This document shows positions 25,832 to 38,432 of a stretch of DNA of 64,000 bases, piece after piece (within the stretch, counting starts at the first letter, position 1; each line of letters opens with the position of its first letter). Both the position numbers and the translations under genes were made by a program. The DNA is taken from positions 116,684,001 through 116,748,000 of the forward strand of contig NC_042997.1 in assembly GCF_006345805.1 (NCBI RefSeq), read 5' to 3'. This DNA is from Octopus sinensis. Lineage: Eukaryota. The notes under the pieces are model-generated. The model searched no databases and had not been told where the DNA came from. It saw only the letters and a program-made list of their open reading frames with translations.

Positions 25832-27721
25832 GGATGTACAATTAATTTTCTAGCCAGAGTTAGAAATCACATCTCGTCTTTTAAATTACGTCATAAAGCT
25901 GGTACCACCACACTTTCAAACAAAATCTGGGAACTCAAAAATAATAATAAAAATTATAACCTTAATTGGGAAATAGTTAGGAGAGCAATTCCGTATAAAA
26001 ATAGTAGGGTTGGTTGCCAACTATGCTCCATGGAGACGTATGAAATTCTAAGCATAGAAAACATAGAAACTTATTGAATAATCATATCGAACTAGGTCAA
26101 GTTTGTGTCCACGCTAAATTGAAGACTTTAAAATATTTTAAATGATTAGAATAGCCGTAACTAGATAGATAGATATAACTTGATTTCTACTAGTATAGCA
26201 CTGCTTTAAGTAGATAACTAAGAGTTCTCACACTACAGTTATCTTTTTCCTTATATCTGCATCAATTTTTTGAGAACAGGGAAATGAATAGTACTTATAC
26301 GCGCTGCTTAATTGAGGCTTTATTTAATTTCAAACTCATAATTTTTAAATTCTTAATTTTAAATCTTAATTGTAATTTTTAATTTTAATTCCTAACTTAA
26401 TCTAATTTAAGTAGCATAACTCTAATAAAATAAATGAGATACTATAGCCCCATAATTCTATTTCAAAATTAAATAAATAAGGCTACCCCCTCGGTGATAA
26501 TATGATTATCTTCATTATGATAGACAATCCCCTAACACCTGTAAATGACCTTCTAAGATTTGACCTGTAGTCCGTCAATGTATGAATAATAACGGCAACT
26601 CCTTAAGACAATAAAATGAATAAATTAAATAAGTAAATTTTATTGACTTTTTGATAAGATTATACTTAGATTTTCCTAATGTATTTTCTTTGAATTTAGC
26701 ATCTGACCCCTAAACCCCTGACTGTGTTATCTCTTTAGATTCTCTTTAAATTCATAGCTGATTTCAACAGCAATAAATTAGCTGTTTTACTGGCCAAAGA
26801 ATAATATTCTCCTCTAGTTCCTAGATGCCTGTAAATTAAAACCAGACTTGCCGTCTACTAATTCGTCTGTATAACTAGAACCCTCTTTTTTATTTTTATG
26901 TTTTCCCTTCTATCCCTATTTCTTTCTCTTTTCTCTTTTTTCTGTTTCTTCTTCTTATTATCTTTTTCCTTTTCTCTTCTCTTTTAGTCCCCTTCCCCCC
27001 CCCTTTTTTGCTCCCTCCTCCTTTATTTTCTCTCTTTTCTTCTATTCCCTTCCCTTTCTATTCTTGGCCTCTCTAGAAAGCCCTTCAGCCTTTAAAAGTT
27101 AAATAGCTACAGCCTCTTGTAAATAGCAGTAATGTGATTAATGTGGCAAATACCTAATCATATAACAAGAATTGATACCTACCTCATTGTGTTCAACCAT
27201 TGATAAATTATCGCCTGTGAATATGAAATTCCTCTTCATTTCTCTGGAAACTTACATCTACACCATTGGAAATTGTGCATCTATACAAAGGATTAATTCA
27301 CCCTCTCTGTAATGCTAATAAGCAGGAATTGAGACCCACCTCGTTGTGATTAACAATGGATAAATTTGTCTTCTGTGAGTATGTAATCCCATCATATCTC
27401 TGGAAATTCATATGTGCTCTATGGATTAGGTCACCTTCTCTGTGATGCTATTAGAACTTTTTTAAATTCTGTGATAAGACTGTACATCATCTTTAAAGAA
27501 CTTTAATGAACTTTGGAAATCTGTTTATGTTACTTAATATCTACATTACTTCATGAGTATAGCCTCAACCACTAGGATGTCTAGAGAACTTACATGTATT
27601 TTAGCTGATGAGTACGGGACACGTTATATGCTGTAATTTTTACAACTTTTAATAAAGCCTGTCCTTGTATGAAACGATTGTACTAAAAACCTATCCATTC
27701 TGTTGCTTCTTTCTCGCTTAT
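25831..27721 (+). mobile_element. Penelope-like element, right (plus-strand) inverted copy
   Basis: Begins inside the endonuclease (GCTINFLARVRNHISSFK...LSNKIWELK...CQLCSMETYEI, stop at 26077); same 3' UTR; ends 39 nt after the HHR cleavage site at a (TA)n tract. Confidence 0.88.
27599..27688 (+). ncRNA. Type I hammerhead ribozyme (intact core), predicted cleavage after A27682
   Basis: Stem I TTTTAG(27599-27604)/CTAAAA(27683-27688); CTGATGA 27605-27611; stem II 27612-27620/27661-27670; GAAAC 27671-27675; GTA triplet. Confidence 0.85.
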
Positions 27722-28588
27722 TATATATATATATATATATATCTATATATATAGATATATATACTATATATATATTATATATATATATGTATATACACAT
27801 ACATATTTTATATATATTTTATATACATATATCTATATCTATACAGATGTGTAAGTATGTATGTATGCATTCAAAAATTCGAACTGACTGTATGCTGTCA
27901 GTAATTTTAAAATTCGAGTGCTCTGGGACATCAACCTTTGCCAGTCGGTTCAGAGGTCTTGTTTGATGTGCCAGCAAGTTTGTTTTAAATTTAACTCTAC
28001 TCTCAGTACTGCACCAATCCATCACTTCCGTTGTTAAAGTGACTTTAAAATAATGATTTTAAACATTTCTATACGTGTGTGTGTGTGTGTGTGTGTGTAT
28101 GTGGCTTTATTAATATTTGTTTTATGCCAAATTATATTTAAAATTTGACTTTGAACTGAAGGGTTACTCATTACTTCTTAGTGGAGGGCATATCAAGTTT
28201 AACAAACAAAAGGTTAACAGTGACTTCGAAGTATCGGTATGCTCGCATTCATCAGATATAATCTGTTATTCTTATATACGTTTCACCCCAAAGGCTGTAG
28301 CGATACTGGGAAGCTACCAATATCAATGGTTGTCCTCTTGTGGTTGGCTTTGGCGAAGAAAGAGTTTGATATTGCTGCGTTTGAGTTTCCAGTAGTGATT
28401 TAGGTAAATTTGATATCTTTGACAACAGAAGGTCAAGGTGCTTCTGGGAGACATTTAGCGCCCCCTCCTCACCCCCACACTATGTAGATCTCCCTACGTT
28501 TTTGGCACGATATGAAGCAGCTAAGTTCTTTTAAGTCTCAATCTATTGCAGCACGTGATCCTTACTCTCATGGTATTGTGTGTGTATA

Positions 28589-28629
<41 letters not shown>

Positions 28630-28637
<8 letters not shown>

Positions 28638-29090
28638 CATACATGCATATACAGGTACAGGACGTCACCAACGGTGCAAATAACATGAAATACGCAAACA
28701 ACGAGGAAAATGGGAAACAGGACAAGTAAACAAAGAGAAAAGGCTCTTCATCAGTATTTTCGTCTCGTTCTGGCCTAACGACCCTCCATGTTTGTTTTCG
28801 TTCGGTCTCCTTGTATGTCTCCACTATCATTTTCCTTCCCAGCTTTGACGTTCCATAAATCCTAAATTTTATTTTAGAATTTATGGGAGCAACTGTCTTT
28901 GAAGACTCATATTGTCGTTGAATGCTCGAAATGAGGAGTAGATAGACAGGTGAAGGGTCCTTTCTCTGTGTTTACTTGGCCTATTTTCCATTTTTTTCTC
29001 GTTTACGTATTTCACTTGTTTCCCCTCGTTTGTTTACGCATTTCATGTTATTTGCAGCGTTGTTGACGTCCTGTACCCATATATGCATGT
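28630..29090. repeat. Diverged inverted pair of ~120-bp pyrimidine-rich units around a ~200-bp spacer, between TA/TC microsatellites
   Basis: 28630-28750 is the reverse complement of 28960-29090 (...TATTTCATGTTATTTGCA...GACGTCCTGTACC..ATATGCATG); CTGATGAAGAGC on the minus strand at ~28743-28754. Confidence 0.65.
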
Positions 29091-29160
29091 CTCTCTGTCT
29101 CTCTGTCTCTCTGTCTCTCTGTCTCTCTGTCTCTCTCTCTCTGTATATATATATATATAT

Positions 29161-29192
<32 letters not shown>

Positions 29193-29217
29193 ATATATAT
29201 ATGTATGTATATATTTA

Positions 29218-29542
29218 TCTATATATATAAAACTGAGAATGTGTGTCTGTCTGTGTGAATCCCTAAAACTTGAGAACTACACAACCAATTTCATTCAAAT
29301 TTTACACATGCCTTACTTAGGGTCCATGTAGTGTCATGAGCAAAAAACTTCTAGCTTTGTGCCTAGGGCGAGCCCACAACAATATCATATCTTCTCTACT
29401 ATTCAGTATTACGTGTTAAAAGTGAAACAAAAACATCTCTCTATTGTAATGTCAGATACTTTCACTTTAATACTGAAACTATTAAAGTCAAACTATTATA
29501 TAAGAGGGATGAAACATTAACAGTGGACATCCATTTTGCTAG
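29218..29542 (+). mobile_element. Probable non-autonomous Helitron fragment
   Basis: Starts TCTATATATAAAACTGAG like other Helitron 5' ends here; possible 3' CTAG near 29542, uncertain. Confidence 0.45.
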
Positions 29543-29794
29543 AAGATCTGCTATGGTCTTATATGCTACACTACTGGTTTTCAATTCAAATTAATCAAAT
29601 TAATATTCAATTACTCACCCTTATTATTTTAAATTTAAATTTAAACCCAGGACCATGTGTTTTGGAACGAAGTGTGTTACCACACAACCACACCTGCAAC
29701 TATGTATGCATGTGTGTGTGTATAGCTGTATATATATACATTTATTTCTATACATATAGATGTATATGTATACATGTATATGTGTAGATATATG

Positions 29795-30189
29795 TACTCT
29801 TTTACTTGTTTCAGTCATTTGACTGCGGCCATGCTGGAGCACCGCCTTTAGTCGAGCAAATCGACCCCGGGACTTATTCTTTGGAAGCCCAGTACTTATT
29901 CCATCGGTGTCTTTTGCCGAACCGCTAAGTTACGGGGACGTAAACACACCAGCATCGGTTGTCAAGCAATGCTATGGGGACAAACACAGACACACAAACA
30001 TATACACACACACTTATATATATATACATATATACGACAGGCTTCTTTCAGTTTCCGTCTACCAAATCCACTCACAAGGCATTGGTCGGCCCGGGGCTAT
30101 AGCAGGAGACACTTGCCCAAGATGCCATGCAGTGGGACTGAACCCGGAACCATGTGGTTGGTTAGCAAGCTACTTACCACACAGCCACT
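29795..30189 (-). mobile_element. SINE family B
   Basis: Reverse complement of the 22537/37464 consensus. Confidence 0.9.
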
Positions 30190-30270
30190 TCTATATATAT
30201 ATAGAGAGAGATGTACATGTAATATGTACACATATATATTCACATATATACATGCATACATATATACACC

Positions 30271-30322
<52 letters not shown>

Positions 30323-31973
30323 GGTGCAAGTGTCTTTATGTCTTCGTGTATTACTTATACATTCGAAAACTGCTGCACCGATCATAATGAAATTTGGAAC
30401 ACAAAATCGAAGCCCAGGGAGAAGGGTAATGCTGTGTGTTTCATACAATTTCATGGACCAACATTTCTGAATGGATCGTTATGATATTTGAAACTTAGAT
30501 TCAATGCATAAGGGCGGGTATAATGTAATATGTTTGGTTTGAATTTCGGATGGCTTAAAGGGGGCAGAACCCCCCATGAAAATTCATAAATTTTCGATGT
30601 TGATGAAATTTCAACCATGGGTAATTGACACACATCAAGAAGTATTCTCAAAGTTTCCACTTCACATGAGGATTCTAAGACACCCTATGGGGGCCTTAAC
30701 TCCCAAATTCTAGTCATTTCTTTTATGATCCAAAACTAAGTTAAAAGTACTGAATGGATCTTTACGAAATTTGGAAATTATATTCTATGCATAAGGGCCA
30801 TAATCCTCATGACAATTCATATAATTTTGCTGTTGATGAAATTTTAACCATAGATATTAGACACAAATGAAGTAATATTTATAAAATTTCATCTTCTTAC
30901 AAGCTAGAAAGACCCCTTCATAGGGACTTAACACTCATTTTATCTAAGCAAAGACGAATAGTTGTACTCTTGGAAGCTGTGGGGTCATCCGAGCATAGAA
31001 GATGCGCATTATTTGTAATTCAATGGTACAACAGTGTAAGAGTTTGCTTTGACATACACTTAGATTGTGATTTCTGCAACGTGTTGCATAAATTGTCGAG
31101 TAAATGGGAGGCATCTTTACTTCCACTGATTCAGTTGCAAAGTGTTGAGTAAAGTTATTTGATTGCAGATGTACTTTCAGTATTTTTATTATCACTGGGC
31201 CACACATAGTCCTCACATGGTAACATTGATTTTAAGGCCTTCCCAGATGAGTGACTGGTTATTCAAAGACATTTATAGATTGTATATTTATTCTGTCCAG
31301 TTACGTATCAGTATAGTGGTCATTTGCAAACTCCAACTTTCATTTCTCCTTAGCCCTCACGTCACAGAGTTGTTAATGTTTATTTCAGTTGGGTCACACC
31401 CTTCCAATTGCTATAGATTCGTAATGCATCTTACGGCTGTGCCTGTCACCTGGATGGTGAGGAATCCTACATTGGGAGTGGTAACGACTAGGGTAGGGTA
31501 ACTGACTGGTTATTGTGATCATTCGTCTTTTGGTTTCCTGTAGCTTTGCTCTCTTTTACAAACACAGTGAACATATATTTCCTACTCCAAAGAAATTCAA
31601 ACAATAGATATAAGACCCAAGTAAAAAAGCTTCTCTACAATTCAACTTCTCTGGTTGACATTAAGATGCCTACCCCCAACAGGGGCGTTAACTCTCACAT
31701 TTTAGAGCTATATGATCTTCATTTTTCAGGAGCAAAATCTTTTTAACAGGTTCAATCAGACTGGAATTTTGGAATATGCGCATAAAAATCAGTAGTATGG
31801 GATATATGTGGCACAATTACAATTTTTTGGTGGTGTGTAAAGAGGGAAATAACCCTCATCTGCAATTTTGATGAAATTCGAAACATAGATATTCCAGTTC
31901 ATTAGAGAAAATATAACAGAAAAGTCTAATTCTTCAATTGTATGTAACACGGGCAACGCCGGGTATCTGCTAG
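30190..31973 (+). mobile_element. ~1.8-kb non-autonomous Helitron-like element with internal repeats
   Basis: Putative 5' TCTATATATATA at 30190 (uncertain); (CA)n; ~190-bp diverged internal repeats; 3' CACGGGCAACGCCGGGTATCTGCTAG ending 31973 followed by T. Confidence 0.65.
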
Positions 31974-32014
<41 letters not shown>

Positions 32015-32648
32015 ATTCACATACGCATACATACATATACACACATGTTGTTTATTCAAACTTAACGTATAATGAGTTATACATTTTTTTTAGAGTTGCA
32101 GAGTTTCAAAGCTAATATTTATAGAGCTGAATAAACAATATTTTAGAGAAAATATGAAAGTAAGATGAAGAAGATAAAAAACTGAAAGGAAAAATTAAAC
32201 GAAGACAAAGGAAAAAAGAATGGATGCAAGATTTTGAAAAGAAGACGGGCAGAAGGTGATAAATACATTCTAGCTGAGGTCACATCCAAAGTCAACGTGG
32301 TTGTTTGCGTGCTTAGGCTTTGGAACATAGAGGGGAATTTCAGCGTTGATCTCTTAACCTGACAAGCTTTCTGTAATACCCTTTTAGTAGACTAAGCCAA
32401 ACCTTAAATTACACCCACATTAATATCAAATACGTCTAAAACAATATCATCAACTCGTTTAACAACATCTGAGGCGGTTACATCTATCAGCCAATAAACA
32501 AATGTATACTGACGCCATTTTTTTTTCAAAACCACATTCTTTTAGATCACCATGTTGGCGCGCGCGCGTGCCTGTCTGTCTTCACTATATATATAGTGAG
32601 TGTTTGTGTGCCTGCCTACGTGCCTTCAGTATATTTATATATAGTGAA

Positions 32649-32790
32649 GGCGCATGCCTAGTGGTTAGGGTGCTGCACTCACGGTCGGAAATCGCAGGTT
32701 CGATTCTAGGACTGTGTCCTTGAGCAAAACATTTAATTTTACTTTGATCTGGTCTGTTCAGGGGTAGCTCAATGCGAAGCGCATTGTGAC
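32649..32790 (+). mobile_element. SINE family C head, truncated
   Basis: GGCGCATGCCTAGTGGTTAGGG...GGTTCGATTC...GTGTCCTTGAGCAA. Confidence 0.7.
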
Positions 32791-32831
32791 TAGTGATGTA
32801 CAACAACATCCGATAGTTTGGTTGATTACGC

Positions 32832-32892
<61 letters not shown>

Positions 32893-33032
32893 GTGTGTGT
32901 GTGTGTGTGTGTGTATGTATATATATAGTATGTATATATTGTTGAAATTTACAGAAAAACAAAAGAAGACTGGTGTGTAAACAACAAGCAGGTGTATCGG
33001 TTTGACGCCTGGTAAGGCTAGAAAGTCTTTTA

Positions 33033-33111
<79 letters not shown>

Positions 33112-33842
33112 GTATGTATGTATGTATGTATGTATTATTATCATTATTATGTATGTATGTATGTATGTATGTATGTATGCATGTATGTATGTATGCATGT
33201 ATGTGTGTATCCTTCATTATTTATATCGCTGTTTAAAGCCATTGTTATTATCAGATGAGTACTGTTCCGCTAAATATCGCAGTTGCTTGGAACTCATGTT
33301 GTGTTCATGAACGATGCAAAGAAGAAAGAATAGTTTTCCAAACATCAAAAATTAATTCCATGTTTTTAAATTTGGGGATTATCTCCCTTACTTTCTGTGG
33401 AGAAACAAAAAAGAAAACCTTAATGTTGATGGTTTCTTTTCATTTGAATTGATTTAGATTCTATGCGGTTTGCAACAAATTGTAAACAGCAGTTTAGTGA
33501 AGTTAGACACTGCTTGCTTTAACCCAACTGCCAATCAGAATCAATGTAATCATGTATATGGCAAAGCCGGCCAATTGAATACGGGACCATCATACAGTTT
33601 CCATTTAATTTCTTAATGTTTGGGTTGACCAGAGGAAGACTCTTGCAAATCGTGACGTCCATCGGGATCGAAATTGGATGTCTATGATTGAGACGCAAAA
33701 TATCTTAATCCTCCCCCATATACACATACACATTGATAAAACATATATTGATACGCGTATGTTCATGCGTACTTGGAAACATACTGTTCATGTTTTTGTT
33801 AAAAAACTTTGTAATAAAACGAATAACACCTGTATCAAATTT

Positions 33843-34503
33843 TGGCACAAGGCCCGCAAATTGGGGGTGGGGTGCATAAGATACCGTAAGTCGATTACAT
33901 CGAGCCCATTGCTCAACTGGTACTCATTTTATCGACCACAAAAGTATGAAAAATAAAGTTGGCCTCGGCAGAATTTGGACCAAGAATGTAAAGACAGTTC
34001 TGCGTCCCTTTTCCTTGCACCAAATTTTACTTTGAAGTACTGGAAGCCACAACCATCGTGTGTCATTACTTTTACGAAGGTAAGCATTTCGACCGGCATA
34101 CTAACGATACTTTTCTACTCTAGGCACAAGGCCCGAAATTTTTCGGGGAGGGGCCAGTCGATTAGATCGATCCCAGTACGCAACTGGTACTTAATTTATC
34201 GACTCCTAAAGGATGAAAGCAAAAGTCGGTCTCGGCGGAAATTTGAACTCAGAACGTAAAGACAGACGAAATACCTATTTCTTTACTACCCATAAGGGTC
34301 TAAACACAGAGGGAAAAAACAAGGACAGACAAACGGATTAAGTCGATTATATCGATCCCAGTGCGTAACTGGTACTTATTTAATCAACCCCGAAAGGATG
34401 AAAGGCAAAGTCGACATCGGCGGAATTTGAACTCAGAACGTAAAGACAGACGAAATACCGCTAAGCATTTCACTCGGCTTGCTAACAATTCTGCCAGCTC
34501 GCC
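33843..34503 (-). mobile_element. Cluster of family A SINE units (single unit + dimer)
   Basis: Repeated GTCGATT..ATCGA.CCCAGT.CG.AACTGGTACTT and GCGGAA.TTTGAACTCAGAACG. Confidence 0.85.
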
Positions 34504-34643
34504 TTCCAAAGGACTAATACAAAAAGTGATATTAATCGACTGCTGCTGATTCTTTCTACAATAGGCACAAAACCTGACACTTTGTGGGAAGTTGGGAGCT
34601 AGCCGATTACATCAACCCCAGTTCTCGACAGGTACTTATATTA

Positions 34644-37005
34644 CACTGGGCAAAAATAAATAAATAAATAAATAAATAAAAGAAATTGTCTACTACCCTT
34701 ACAAATGATGCGGTACCAAATTAAACCGAGTGTGCTGATTCCGAATCTGAACAAAGAATTGCCGCAGCACGTCAGGATTTTGAGTTATGCGCATAATTAT
34801 ATATCAATATTATATTAAAATCGATAATAGTTAAGTTCAAGGTAAATAATTATTATAATAGGATATTAGTACTGTATATAGTATATTCATGTTCAAGGCA
34901 AATAGTATTATAATATAATGGTGCACAGTATATTTATGTTAAAGGAATACTCACTTTATTGTTTATATGCTCAGCTCAGAAATGTTTGAGATACTTGCTC
35001 TTACGCTTATGTGTCTTGCTGGTCTCCCGTTGTAAGAACCAGCAGTAGTCACCTATCATATGTGGATTGAACCGGCCTCGATAATTCATTTCCATCTCAG
35101 TTATGTTCTGTTGGAACGTCTCACTATACTCATCACTAACAGCACCAAGATTCGTTGGAAAAATATCGAGATGAGAATGCAAGAAGTGCATTGTAAGGGA
35201 CATTCGGCATCCCGTTCTTTCATACGCTGTTAATGTGTTGTTTATTAAGCCAGCATAGTTTTCTGCTCTATGATTTCCAAGAAAGTTCTGCACAACCAAC
35301 ACGAATGAATCCCATGCCGTCAGCTCAACTGGATTCAGTTTACCTCTGAATTTGCTATAAGACATCAATTCTCTGATCGCAGGTCCAATGAAGATGCTTG
35401 CTTTCAGTTGTGCGTTACTTTTAAGTCTTGGAAGCCACAGCCAAAGTGTGTCGTTGTTTTTACGAAGTTTTTCATGAGAACAAGTTTGATGTGAAGGAAT
35501 GGAAAGATCTTTTGCAGGTCTACCAGTGGCACATTGCACCGACCAACTATGTGCTCATTTCTTTTAGGCCAGTCTTTAACAGTGTAATGATTGCTGTCGT
35601 CGCGACTGTTCGAAACATACAAGAAGCACATATTTTTAGTATATCCCAGCTGCAGTCCTAGGAGGAGGAAAAATCACCTTAAATCACCACAAATACTCCA
35701 CTTATGAGCTCAGTAATTAACTCCTTTCAGAGTCCCATCGATTCATAAGTTTCCTCCATACCGACAACATGACCCACAAGAACGTAAGGATTTTCATTAC
35801 CATTATGTAACAACACAGCTTTAAGGTTAACCTTACTTGAATCTGTAAACAATCTCCTTTTGTTAGCCACATGCACGTGTCCAAGTTTTTGCATGAGTGC
35901 ATTAACGTCAGTACAGAAACAAGCATTACTTTCTTGCTTGAAAAAGCTAGAGAAGTCTTTATGGCAGAACAGAAAATGGAAGATTTCGTACCTTGCTGTA
36001 GAAGATCCTGTTGCTGCAGTCTGGATCCCAAAACTTCTGCCCTCTCCTTTGACAATGCTAAGTCTCTTACTAAATCATTCAAATCTTTATGATTAAACAA
36101 GCGTGGCTAATTTTTCTTAGAATTAACTAAGTATTCTTCGTCGATAAAAAATCAAGGGTTTCATCGTGTGACGTGTGAAGGTCTTCAAGTGAATCATGTG
36201 AAAAAGGAACTGGGCCAGGGTTTTCGAAGTCATGTGGGACAAGTTTTAGAGCTGACTTACAATCTGCATACACAATTTTTGCTTTGGTTTTCTTTGAGAA
36301 ACCACTAATATTAGTCATTCAAAAGTAACAATCAGAGACATGATTGGTTGGATCACGCCATACCATTGGTACAGCGAAAGGCATTCCCTTCCTTTTTCCA
36401 TTCAGTTACCGTGTAAGCCCTGAGTAACAGATGGTACACACCTCTTGCCTTGGTCCCCAACTTTACACCTGAAATAATATTTACAGGCAGTTTTTAATTT
36501 GGTGGTAATGTTCTTCCGCTGATCACGCGGAGAAAACTTTCCACGGACATAGGAAAGATTGTCTGGGGGATTCACATAGCCTCTCTTATTCATGATCTAA
36601 CACAATGAACGCAGTTAAAACAGTAACCACGCAGAGCGAGAGATACTCAAACCACACGTGACGGCAACGCAAACGACACTGTGAGTTACCAAGAACAAAC
36701 TGACGGATTTGGCGCTTGCACACAATACGCCAGCACCATCTATTGCTAAACTAAATAAACTTTTTCATCACTTGATTTATTGCTGTTATTTCTTTAATTT
36801 TGAATGAAGACCGCTTTCATTTTAGCAAATTTTATAATACGGCCTATATCTAGCTGAAAATATAGTTATAATCTTGCGCATGCTAGATTATAGTTATAAT
36901 CCTGACATGCTAGAACAATTCTGTGTGCGGATTCGGAATCACTATCCTCGATTTAGTCTAAAGCACACACTTTTACTCCTGTAGCAAAATCTTTGCTGTC
37001 CAGTG
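34644..37005 (-). mobile_element. Decayed Chapaev3-like (CMC superfamily) DNA transposon inserted into a family A SINE
   Basis: CACTGG...CCAGTG termini; subterminal inverted repeat TGATTCCGAATC..ACA.AGAATTG....AGCA.GTCAGGATT at both ends; broken transposase 36593->34976 with NPPDNLSYVRGK..GDQGK, LHIKLVLMKNFVK, MSLTMHFLHSHLDIFPTNLGAVSDE, GDYCW. Confidence 0.8.
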
Positions 37006-37463
37006 CCCGAAAAGATGAAAAGCAAAGTCAATCTCGGCCGAATTTGAAGTGAGAACACAAAAACAGGCGGAACGCTGCTAAGCTTTATATGCAACACGTT
37101 AACGATTTTTCCACTTCGCCATCTTTATCGGACGCTGATAACGAGAAAAATACTTAGTGACAAGAGGCATGCTGATATAAGAAAGAAAACACTATGTGAG
37201 TAGAGGTATAGTTGAAAGTGTGGGATATTGGTATCGTTATAATATAGTATTTCAAACAGTGAGATATTTGTGGGTTTATAACTAATGCGATAGGACTATC
37301 ATCTCACTGTTTCTAACATTCAGACAAAATGTAATATTTCTAAATATTAGGATTTCAATTTTCACAAATGGACGTCTTACGTGTTTTTATTATAGGCTAA
37401 GGATGTACGCCGCTTTTAACATAATTTGTTTTACAAGTTTATATACATCCATTAACATACATA

Positions 37464-37635
37464 GGCGTAGGAGTGGCTGTGTGGTAAGTAGCTTGCTTAC
37501 CAACCACATGGTTTCGGGTTCAGTCCCACTGCGTGGCACCTTGGGCAAGTGTCTTCTATTAAAGCATCGGACCGACCAAAGCCTTGTGAGTAGATTTAGC
37601 AGACGAAAACTGAAAGAAGCCCGTCGTATATATGT

Positions 37636-37680
<45 letters not shown>

Positions 37681-37966
37681 TATATATATATTATATATAT
37701 ATATATGCGTGTGTGTGTGTGTATGTGTGTATACGGTTGTGTGTATGTGTGTATACGGTTGTGTGTCTGTGTTTGTACCCCCAACATCGCTTGACAACCG
37801 ATGCTGATGTGTTACGTCCCCGTAACTTAGCGGTTCGGCAAAAGATATCGATAGAATAAGTACTAGGCATACAAAGAATAAGTCCTGGGGTCGATTTGGT
37901 CGACTAAAGGCGTTGCTCCAGCATGGCCACAGTCAAATGACTGAAACAAGTAAAAGAATAAAAGAG
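37464..37966 (+). mobile_element. SINE family B, full length
   Basis: Complete head, expanded internal TA tract, 3' TAAAAGAATAAAAGAG tail. Confidence 0.92.
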
Positions 37967-37969
37967 TAT

Positions 37970-38120
37970 ATATACATACATACATTCACACATGCATACA
38001 TACATACATACATGCATGCATGCATACATACATACATACATACATACATGCATGCATGCATGCATACATACATACATACATACATACATACATACATACA
38101 TACATACATACATACATACA

Positions 38121-38152
<32 letters not shown>

Positions 38153-38432
38153 CATACATACATACATATACATACATACATACATCATACATACATACAT
38201 ACATACTACATACATACATCATACATACATACATACATACATACAACATACATACATACATACATACATACATCATACATACATACTACATACATACATA
38301 CATACACATACATACATACATACACATACATACATACCATACATACATACATACATACATACATACATACATACATACATACATACATACATACATACAT
38401 ACATACACATACATACATACATACATACATAC
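37970..38432. repeat. (TACA)n/(TGCA) microsatellite
   Basis: Direct reading. Confidence 0.97.
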
